From Eledone cirrhosa (lineage: Eukaryota), in the NCBI GenBank assembly GCA_964016885.1, contig OZ024750.1, positions 13,020,001 to 13,084,000 of the forward strand: 64,000 bases of DNA. The letters are read 5' to 3'. The position numbers and the translations under genes were made by a program. The notes below the pieces were generated by a model that did no database searches, had not been told where the DNA came from, and saw only the letters and a list, made by a program, of their open reading frames with translations. This document shows positions 15,101 through 27,400 of this stretch, one piece after another. Position 1 is the first letter of the stretch. Every line of letters begins with the position of its first letter.

Positions 15101-18100
15101 TACAAACCTATCAGAGAGCAGCCAGTATTTTGACAGTTTGCTGTTGGAAAAAGTGTCACAACATGCAGCATCCCAGATCAGTGGGGGCTACCTCTGCAGA
15201 ATCGGAAGATTGTCATGCTGTCTGACCTTTTGTCATTCCTTCGGTCCAGCCCAGCTCGCTCAAGTTTGATATATTATGATAGAATTAGAAAGATTTCTTA
15301 ATTCCATCTCATTACAAATAATAAAATTCATTAAAGATCAAAGACAATCTAGTTTCAAAAAACTTAAGAAGTACCAATAATTATTTCTCCTTTTGGCACA
15401 AGGCCAGCAATTATCCCAGTACATTACTGGTACTTTATTTTATCGACTCCATAAGGATGAAAGGCAAAGTTAACCTCGGCGGGATTCGAACTCAGACCAT
15501 AAAGGGCCGTAACTCATAACACCATTAGTTAAGTAAAACCCCAATGTTGCTCATAATTATATACAAATAAAAATGCAATAGCTTTCGATATATAAAAACC
15601 ATAAAACCACTTCAAAATATTAACTTTCCTGTTATATAGTTATAATTTTTATCAACATTTTTTAGACTACTTTGTGTAAATATACATGTTTTATGTTAAA
15701 GACAGTATAAGCTTTTCAAACAAATTATAGCGCAATGAAAACATATGAACACACACTTATGAAAGTCAAATATTGCTGCATAAATTAAGAGTATCAGAAT
15801 CAATAAAAATATTGTAGATAAATAAAATTCTTAAGAATTAAATTCTTAAGCAGTAAACATTAATTATTTTATTTATATAAACAAATACAAATGCTATGTA
15901 GCCAATTTTTGTCACAAACAACAAATCATAATGTGAATAATATGTTGAATAATTACCTAGAACCTTCAATGTAATAGTAACATCAACCGATCCAGCAGAA
16001 TTCTCTAAACGGAGTTTATATTCACCAGAATCAGATCTTTTAACATTTTTGAAATTTATTTTGGTAGTATCTGTCTTAGTTTCAACCTGCATTCTTGATT
16101 TATCGAGTTCACTTTCATTGTGCAACCAAGTAGCTGTTGGTGAAGGAATACCAGAAAATGGTATTGACACGGATGTATTTTCACCAGCTTTAATACAAAT
16201 GACTTCCTTGTATTTATCTGCCAGAGTGTATTCAGGAGCCACTAAAAGTATAAATAATAACACATAGTTAATGATATAATATCATGAATATAGTAGAAAA
16301 GATAATGCAAATGTTTTTATATCAAATGCGGTTTCTAAAAATAATAGTAATAATAATTGTTTCTACTTTAGGCACAAAGCCAGCAATTTTGGGAGAGGGG
16401 AAAATCGATTAAACTGACCCTAGTGCATTGCTGGTGCTTTATTTTATCGACCCAGTAAGGATGAAAGGCAAAGCTAACCTCAGTGATTTGAACTCAGACT
16501 ACCAACATAATATTATTTCTTTTTTTAAATCTTTTTCTATTCATTTGTTTATTTATTTTTATTTATATATATAATAATGATATTATTAATCTATCAATTT
16601 TACCTTCAATAGATAGAGCAGCTTTTGTGGTTTGGTCTTTAACAGTCATACTATATTCAGCAACATCTTCAGGTTTCACACCCTTTATGATTAATTTGTG
16701 CACACAGCCTTCAACAATAATTTCATATTTCTTATTTGGTGTAATGGGTTTACCCTTGCAGAACCATTGAGCCTTCAGATTTGGACGGTTTATTTCACAT
16801 GTGAATGTAGTTTCACAAGGAGTCTTTTCAACCTTTTGATCTTCAAGTTCTTTGATAAACTTAACATCACCTTCTACAAAAGAAGAGAGAGTTTATTAGA
16901 AACTCATCAGATTTTATTTATTTTGCAAGCATTTATGAGAAAATATACCTTCAAGCAAATAGATTTTTTTCTATTATTATTTCATAATAATTATTTGCCC
17001 GATTTACATATACTGTGCACTAGACATATCCAATTCAACTCCAACATTAACAAAAAATAAAAAAACATGTATTCTGTATTTAAATTGTAAAATAAAGTTA
17101 AAGTAGAAATATAGTTATTGCCAATATCTTCATAGTATAGTTATTGCCAATATTATAGTATAGTTATTGGCAATATTATAGTATAGTTATTGTCAATATG
17201 ATAGTATGTAGTTATATAATGTCAATATTTAGTTATATAATGTAAATCTTTAACTATTCCAAATTTTAAATTCTATATTCAGACATCAAATATAATTATT
17301 AGGGTCTCTGCACTAGAAACAACATAATAAATATATTTAAAAGAACTATGGAAGTTTCAAAAATACTAAATTACAAACAACCCTTAACCTCTTTCTATTA
17401 CAAAATATTTCAACTAAGAAACAATCTAATTTTATTTGGTTCTGATTTAATCGTAAAAGATTAGATTATGTTATAGAAGAATTAAATCTAATTTCTAAAC
17501 CACAGTGAACCTACCTTTCACTTTTACAAAGGCTTTTGTGGATTTCTTCATTATTTTCAATTCATAGTTTGCTTCATCATCAAGCTGAGCTTTCTGAACT
17601 ATTAAAGTGTGTTTATTTTCTTCAACTGAGAAGTTAAAATGTGAGTCCTTTTCAATAACTTTGCCTGCTTTCATCCAGCAACCAGTAATGTTTGGTTTGG
17701 AGACCTCACAAACCAAGAGGATGTCATCATTTTCCATAACCTCTTGGTCTTTGAGAGGGCTCAAAAATTCTAATGGTTCTTCTGGAAAACAAAATAGCAT
17801 TTTGAATTTAGAAAATTAAATGGAAAGTTTGTATGAGTACTTAATCTAAACTGTAATAGGAATCTATAATTTTATTGCTTAAAAATAAAAATAAAAATAA
17901 AAATAATTAATATTTTTCTCAAACTTAGACTAATACATTTAGATGAAATAAATAAAGTCATGAGGATGGTGAATTTGGTGACAAACTAAATGACAGCATG
18001 AAAATAAAATAACTATGGCATAATCAAACTAATTCAAAATACAAATTGCTAGAAACTCATGCATAATTTTAACCTTAAAGAACAAATATATGTGTAACAG

Positions 18101-21100
18101 AATGAAATGAGTGGGGAGATGCTACTGCTAGAAAGAGTATGAAAATATAATCCTTGGTTATTTCATTCCTTTTAGTTCTAAAATAATTATTTATGATGTT
18201 TACATACTGGCAGAATATGATTCTAAATGTATAAGAACATATATGTCTGATAGATCATCAGAATATTGATGAATTATATAGTTCAATCTTAGGATATTCA
18301 TAATAACAGTTGTGTTAGTAATAGTAATTAACTAAACAAATTTGTGATTTGTAATTAGATAAGCTACATAGAAAGCATCAAAGCTGCTAACATGAAATTA
18401 TTTTTAAAAAATTCCAATGAACAGAATTAACGAAAATTAATTAAATAACAAATTAGAAATTAAGGAAAATATTTTATGGTACTATATTATGTTTTCTTCT
18501 TTATTAGAATTATACAAAAACTAATTGTTTTTCTGATCATATATTAATCTATTAGAGTATGTTGTTGATATAATAATTATAGGATGTTATTATTTCCTGG
18601 ATTGGCAGTATCGGCAGAGAGTCGGACACCATGCTTTCCAGCATAGTTACGTCCCTTTACGGTCTGAGTTCAAATCCCACCGAGGTTCACTTTGCCTTTC
18701 ATCCTTACGGGGTCGATAAAATAAAGTACCAGTAATGTACTGGGTAATTGCTGGCCTTGTGCCAAAAGTAGAAACAGTTATTATTTCCTGGATTGGCAGT
18801 ATCGGCAGAGAGTCAGACGCCGTGCTTTCCAGCATAGTTACGTCCCTTTACAGTCTGAGTTCAAATCCCGCCAAGGTTCACTTTGCCTTTCATCCTTACG
18901 GGGTCGATAAAATAAAGTACCAGTAATGCACTGGGTAATTGCTGGCCTTGTGCCAAAAGTAGAAACAGTTATTATTTCCTGTGTTTTGAGGATATTAGGA
19001 AATATTATCACGTGACAAACAGTAAAACCATTTCTTTGTCTTATTGGTTATATAAACAAAAACACATTTCCTTACAATATGTCAAGTAAGCTTGGAAATC
19101 TAAGGGACATAGTTTTTCATTTGGGGTTAGGGTTAATTTTGGTCATTTATAAGATCATTTTAGACAATGATAAATTGTTAAATAAGAATATTAAAACTTG
19201 CAAAAGTACGTGAAAAGTGTTTTGTTATATGTATTTAGTCAATAAAGAAAATAATTTCTTTATCTTTCTTCTCATAAGAGACAAATAACACAATTAACTA
19301 TACAAATATAAAAATATTTTAAGAAAAAGCGAAAATATAAATGAAGCAGCATGATTATTAAATATATTTCAGTAAGGTGCTCTTAAAATATATTTAGATT
19401 AGTATCTAAAAATACATCATTAATAAAGACACTTAAGTACTAAATATTTCTGAAAATTAAATATATAATAGTGAAAATAAAAATAAAAATAACAAAATAA
19501 TACTTTTGTCAATCCATTGTAAGCCATGTTTGGGATCTTGATTACTGCTATGGCCATATTCTGCATTTAGCTGAAGGCCAATGTTATGATCATTAAATTG
19601 ATCAATTGAAATGTTATGGCTAGTATGTTGCTCAACTGTTTTATTAGCTTTATTGTTAACTGGCCAGTCAACACCTTGATCAAGTTTATTAGTATCTCCT
19701 AAACTAGAGCTCATCTCATTTGATTTTCTTAATCTCTGATTTAATTCCTCGTCCATATACTCATTAGTTTTTAATGTATCTGTATCATTAGATTTAAAAT
19801 ATTCATTAGAAGTTTCTTTACGACTCAAGTCATGACTAGTTTTGTCATATTTTACTTGATAAGCATCAGATTCAAATGTATTAGTACCATCTTGATCAAA
19901 CATCTGTTGATCTGATTTAATTCTAGTGCCCATCCTGTCAGTTGAATTAATATTAAGTGTTTCATTCTCATCAAATCTTCTATGGAGATCACCAGAAACA
20001 TCAGATCCTCTATAGAAATCAGCACTAGAACCATCAAGACTACTATATAGATCACCAGAAACCCCAGATCTTCTATGATGATCACCATCAGGTCTTCTAA
20101 GTAGATCATCACCAGAAACCCCAGATCTTCCATGAAGATCACCATCAGGTCTTCTAAGTAGATCATCACCAGAAACCCCAGATCTTCCATGAAGATCACC
20201 ATCAGGTCTTCTAAGTAGATCCTCACCAGAAACCCCAGATCTTCCATGAAGATCACCATCAGGTCTTCTCTGTAGATCATCACCAGAAACACCAGATCTA
20301 TAGAAATCATCATTAGTGATTTTAGCCTCAGGACTATCCTTTAGATCGGGGTCCCTCTTAGCTTTGAATCTATTCTTTTGTTCAACATCCCTACTAATAT
20401 TTTGGTGACCCTCAAGATTAGTTTCTAGGTCAGTAACTTTTACTTGATAAGCATCAGTACCATCTTGACCAAACATCTGTTGGTCTGATTTAATTCCAGT
20501 GCTCATCCTGTCAGTTGAATTAATATTAAGTGTTTCATTCTCATCAAATCTTCTACCATGAAGATCACCAGAAACATCAGATCTTCTATAAAGATCACCA
20601 GAACCATCAGGGTTTCTATAAAACTCATCACTAGAACCATCATCTCTGCTATGAATATCACCATAAACATCAGATCCTCTATGAGGATCCCTAGAAATAT
20701 CAGATCTATAAAAATCACCACTAGAATCATCAGGTCTACTACCTTTATCTTTTGAGATTCCTGATACAGCTAATTGATTGATTTCATAACCTTGTTTTTT
20801 ATCATAACCTTTAGGCATCTTTTGTCCTATCATATTAGTAACTTGATCAATTTCAGGGATGACCTTTTTGTCAACATTCTGATCAAATTCTTGGTCAGTT
20901 GTGAGGCTAATTTGTTTATTAAAATCTGCGATTTTAGCCTCAGAACTGGCCTTTTGATCAGACTCTCTCCTAACTTTGAATCTAATCTTTTGTTCAACAT
21001 CTCTACTAATAGTTTGTTGAGCCTCAAGATTAGATTCTAGGTCAGTAAATTTGCTTGGCTGTTGATCAACGTGATAGCCACTATGATTTAGATCAAACTC

Positions 21101-21389
21101 ATTGACAATATCTTTTCCATGGCCTTTCTTTCGTTGAATGTCATCTTTAACCGGATAGTCATTATTTTGCTGCCTATTATGGCCAACATCGTGACCATCT
21201 TCTGAAAAAGTAACAATTGATATTTGTGGCAAAATGATTTATATTTCTTTGTAAATTGTTGGACTTAGAAGACAAAACTGGTACGAAATAAACAAACAAA
21301 AAAACATTAAATGATCAACAAAACTTAGGATCAACATAATAAACTTGAACACCTAAAAGAAAACCAAACAAAACTATAAACTTTAACTA

Positions 21390-21420
<31 letters not shown>

Positions 21421-24400
21421 GGCAGGCAGCTTTATTGATTTTATATATAATATTTTATATATTTGCAGAGGAAATCAAATAATTTCATATAACCTATTAG
21501 TATGGAAATCAATGTAAAGATTGATGATTTCAGTTAGAATAATTTTGATAAATCAACTGTCTTTTTATTATTTGTTAAAGCAAATATATTAAAGATTATT
21601 TATAAAGTGAAAAATCAATAAAGCTATTTATTTTATAATGATGCACTCAATAAAATTGTTAGTTAATTTATAACTGATAATTGTTCTTTTAAAAAATATA
21701 GTCAGTCTATTTTATCACAACTCTCTTCAGTTAAATCTGACTAAATGTAACAACAACTGACATGTAATATATAATCCTTCATCATTCACAAAGAATTCTT
21801 TCCATAAAACTGCTTCTCACTATTTCATTTAATAGGTGTCACTACAACATATGGTAAACTGTTAACAGAATATAACAACTTCAATATTAAAAGTTGTTCA
21901 TCTATAAATTTACAGATAAATAGCAACTAAATATGGCTGGAGAGTTATTACAATTATAAAGAGAAAATAAATTTTATAACATAAAAATGAAATATATTAA
22001 CAAGTTATAGTTAAAAATACAAAATTGATATTTTAAAACCAATTACCAGTTATAAATTAATACTTTTCTTGAATGCATTATAAAATATGATTTATGAGAC
22101 ACTTAAATTTTTCGACAGCTTTCAGAAATTATGGTTAAGCAAATAACTTATACAAAAAATATTTATTTAAATTTATGTATAAAACTTCTTGTCATATGAC
22201 ATATACATAATAGTTAGACAGGCAGATCGAAATTGGTGTGCCAGACTAAGGCATCATCTCTCTTGTCGTATGACATAAGCACAATAATTAGAGAAGATCT
22301 TAAATATTATTTACGTACTATAATATTTTTTACTGAAAACCTTTTGATTTAAAATCTCTAAATTCGGTTTTATATATAAAAGTGACATCTAATTTTGAAG
22401 CATGATTGAAAGCAATTGCAATTTCCAGATCAATAAATAAGCATCTCAACTTACAATACAAAGATATCACTATACTCATTAAGTCTATGATATAATGATT
22501 TAAAATATGATAATTAATTAGTTCAGAGACTTGATAAGTATAGTGATACCCATTAAGTCAGCCAAAAATATAAGATATGTTCAATAAGTAATGAGAAATT
22601 TTCAGGAGAGGCATTAAATATGATTCAATTAGAATGTTACTTCATGATAAAGTAAACTTATATATAATGTATAAAATAACTAACTAAATCAGAGCAGAAC
22701 GGTGTACGTGATGGAATAAGTGAGATCCGATTCACTGATCTGTCAACATGTGGTAAAATGCAAAAAAGCATGGAGCCATGTTATGCCATCAAAGTTTGTG
22801 TTAATCTTACAAAAGCCAAACAAGAAGCCTATGAAATGTCAGAGGAGACCTGTTGAGCAAAGTAAGTTTCTGCCGATGGTTTAAACGATTTTCTAAAGGA
22901 AGTGAACAGGTTGCAGCTGGAGCACTGAACTGCCTCCTTGTGCACAAGTGTGTATACGTGATAGAGGACAAAGGTTTTTAAGCTTATAAAAATAAATAAT
23001 GTCTCTCCTGATATTTTCTCATTATTTATTGAACATAATTATGTTAGTGCAATTGGTCTGGTAGTGATGACTGACTGAAAACTGCAAGACAATAAATGCT
23101 ATAAAAAAATATTTATCAAGATATTTTCAATAAAAATATTTTATCAAATTCTTAAATCTAAAAACGATAAACGTTATGCTGCAAGCTAGAAATTCACAGT
23201 ATAAAGCGAAAACCCAACTCATAACAAAATCAGCAATTTGCTTAACTATGTAAGAAATTATATGATAAATAATATAAGTAAATATGACTTACCATCGACT
23301 ATTAGAATTGCTGAGCTTTTTACACCATCAACCACAATAGAGTACTCCCCTTCATCATCAAGTTCAGAGGGTTCAATGATCATTCTGTGAATACAGCCAT
23401 CCACAATAAGTTGAACCCGTTCATTACCACTAAATGTTTCTTTTTCAAACTTCCAAACTGCCTTTTTATTTGGTTTGTTAATTTCACATTCCATGACAGC
23501 TTTCTCTTTCTCCATAATTTTGAGATCTTTAAGTGGTTTCAGGAACTGAACTGGTTTTTCTACAATGAAGAATTTAAGTTTTTATATTTAAAGAATTTCT
23601 GCAATTATTTATCCTGTAAAATTAATTTTATTAAAAAAACATCTTTTTAAAAGTTAATATATAGAATTGTGTTTGGAGAATGTATAATAGAGTCAGAAAC
23701 TAATTAGAAATAAAAAATATCAAAATAAGAGAATTTATCTGAATAATTAAAAACAAATGAAGTGCAAACTTAAATGTTTCATAATTCACTTATGATATAA
23801 TTGTTTATTAATGTATTAATTTAGATAAAATAATGACATTTACAATATAACACAGAATAATTATGGACTTCTAAAAATTAATATACTAATTGATTTTTTT
23901 TAAGGCATCCTTTGAGATATGGGCTACATGTTTATGCCAGAAGTGTAATGATACATGAAAATGAAACATAGAAAATATAAGTAGTGGAGCAGTGATGACT
24001 TTAGTGGAATAATGTGATTTTAATCAGAACAAAGTGACTAGTGGAAAGATGATACATCCTAGTTAAATGTATTATCATATGATACAAATTACACATTTAA
24101 AACTTGTGATACACACACACATGTATGCATACAAATATTCAAAAAATATTTTCTTGTTAAATAATCCTATATTGGATATCTTTTAATATTTAAGAGATTA
24201 GGAAAATATTTGTAATTTAAGAATAAATCAAATTACCATCAACAAAGAGTGTGGCTGTAGTCTCCACATCCCCAATAACACAAGAATAATCAGCTTCATC
24301 ATTTAGAGTGGCCTCTGTGAAAATGATCTGTCGTACAGAGCCATCAGAGAAAAATTTAATTTTGTCACTGGGTTTAATTTCTTTACCATCTTTTTTCCAT

Positions 24401-27400
24401 ATAATTGTAGCATTTGGTTTAGTAACTTGACACTCTAAAATAGCTTCTTGTTTTTCAGTCACATGAACATCATTCAACGGTTTCATGAATGCAGCAGGAA
24501 GTTCTAGAAGGAAAGAAATATCAAATTATAGAAGATTCAAGCATTGAAATTATCAAAGATAATTGTAGTAGTTGTGATACTCCATCAGTTACAATGACAT
24601 GTATTCCTGTTGATATAATCAATGGAACAACCTGTTGCTCACAAAATTAATATTCAAGTGGCTGAGCATTCCACAAACACAACTGTAATTTGGTATTTTT
24701 TAAAGTTTAGTGTCATAGTACAGAATTTCTTTACTCAATCATCTTATATAGTATATTTATATTTTCTTCTAAATTAAACCTGTAACTTTCAAACTAATTA
24801 TTTTTTGTATTTCTGTAAAGTTACAGAGGTATTCTACTTAATTTAAAATGTTAAGCCATTCTATTATATTTTCAGAGTTATGAAAAGGCCTATATATAAC
24901 AAAATTATCATTGGATATTATAGTTAACAGTACCTTCAATAGTCAAATTAGCTTTAGTGGAAACATCTCCACAAACACATGTATATTCTGCCTTATCATC
25001 TAATGTGGCATTGTGTATTATAAGCTTCTGAGTGAAACCATCAGTGATAATTTCAAAATTATCACTTGGAGTGATTTCTTTTCCATTCTTCAACCATTTA
25101 ACAGTTGCATTCTCTTTGGTTAATTCACATTTCAGGGTTGCTGTTTGTTTCTCCTTCACAGTTACGTCTTTCAGATTTGTCTTAAATGTTGCTGGAAGTT
25201 CTACACAAGAATATTTATTGGTAGAGAAATATTAGAATTAGAATTTGGTTTTGCACTCTAACATAATGGATACGTAAATGTATTTATGAGGTTTATATCA
25301 AATAATGATAATGTTTACTTACAAATGAATTGAATATTATTATTATTCGATATAAAACACACAAAAATTATATTTAATTAAAAAAATATTAAAAAGTATT
25401 GAAAATAAAATATTAAAAAGATTATGACCTCATTATTTTGATTTTTCAAAAGAAAATAAATATTTCATTACTGACTGAAATTGTAATTGATTAATCTAAA
25501 CGTCTTTAAAAAAATGACCAATATTTTAACTTTTGTTTTGTATTCTAACATTACCTAAGACTGTTAATTTGGCAGTCACTTCATTTCCATTTGGTAACAC
25601 ACAAGTATATTCATCTTGATCATCAAGAACAGAATCCAAAATAGTTAACTTCTGGATACACTTCTCAGTAGAAATAGTGATACGCTGACTTGATTTAAGA
25701 TTCTTCTTATTTTTCATCCATTGAACCTTTTTGTTAGGTTTGTTCAACTCACAAGTGAATTCAACTGACTCACTTTCTTTAATTGTTTTATCTTCCATGT
25801 CAGTGGTGAATACTATTTCTTCTTCTAAAGAAAGAAATTTTAATAGAAAAAATAGAAATCTTAGACATGTACTCAATGCATATATTAAAAATACTAACAG
25901 ACTATATACACTATAACCTATCTCAATACCGTTTATATATATTTTTATATATATATATATTAAATATATATATATATATTATATATATATTTAAAATACT
26001 AACAGACTTATATACACTATAACCTATCTCATCATCATCATCATCATTTCATTTTACGTCTGCTTTTTCCCTGCTTGCAAGGGTGGGACTATCTCAATAC
26101 CGTTTATATATATTTTTATAGCCTGATATTATTATTTGTACACAAATACATAAAATAAAATAAAATAAAATACTTATATATATTTTGAAATTATTCAAAT
26201 ATATTTTTATTCTAAAACATGTTTTATGGTAAAAAAAACATTAAAACAAAATTAAATATCTAGCATTAATACTATATTTAACGAATATAAAAAATTAAAA
26301 ATTATTACTTTTATTTATAACTTATTGAATATTTTAATATATGTGTAATGTAAGTTTCTAGTTTTAAACATTTAATTTAAAACTAGGAAGAAACGTTTCT
26401 TTAAAAAAAACAGAGTTATAACAATTTAACTTAATACAGACACTACTATAAAGCAATAATCAATTTATACATCATAAAGTGTGATGGGAAATCATGCACC
26501 AATGTTCATGGTGAAACTCAAGTTGTGGTAAGGAAATGTGCCATTGGATTCATCTGGAAGTTTTCATTAAAGTTTCCAATTAGAACATACATTTTGGTAT
26601 CACAGGGCAAAGGAAAATATTGGATAATTGTAAATTGTTTTGTAAGGAAAATTATAGGATTTGAGTGGTAAGTTTGAATATTTGTGTCATAAGACTGTGC
26701 AGAGGACAAAGAAATACATGAAAGTTGGGAAGAAAAGATGGTAATAAATATTTAATTTGAGAATTATTTGTAGAAATATTAGTGTTATATTCGGTTGTCA
26801 AGTATGAAATTAATTTTTTCTACAAATTTCATACTTGACGATCCAATATATAAACATGCACATAAGATATTCAATGTGGTATAAAGAGGAAAATAAAACA
26901 GACATTTACAGTTGAGTTAGGAGACATAGCATGCTTCAGAGTATGAGATTATTTAAGTGCAAGGTAAGGTATTTATCATCATCACTGGAAAATACTTCAC
27001 ATTACCCTTAACAGTAACAATTCCTTGTGTTGAGAGTTTGCCAGCCTTGAAACTATATAATCCATCATCACTAAGTTCAACATTGTGAACAATAAGTTGA
27101 AAAGTTGTTTTCTCATTATTTGTGCACTTAATTTCATGTTTCTTATTATCCATGAGCATTCTATTTTTAAAATACCATGTTATTTTGGGCTGAGGCTTAG
27201 ATATTATAACTTCAAGAGCAAATAATTCTTGTTTCTCATAGACAACCATATTATTCAATTCTTTAATGAATACAGCAGGTATTTCTGGAATAAATTGATG
27301 TTAGTATAATTGAAAAAGGGTACAGATCCTCCTCAGATGTGTACATTTGATAAGAGTTTTAAGCATTAGTTAACGAATTAAATAATAAAAAGAAAGATTT

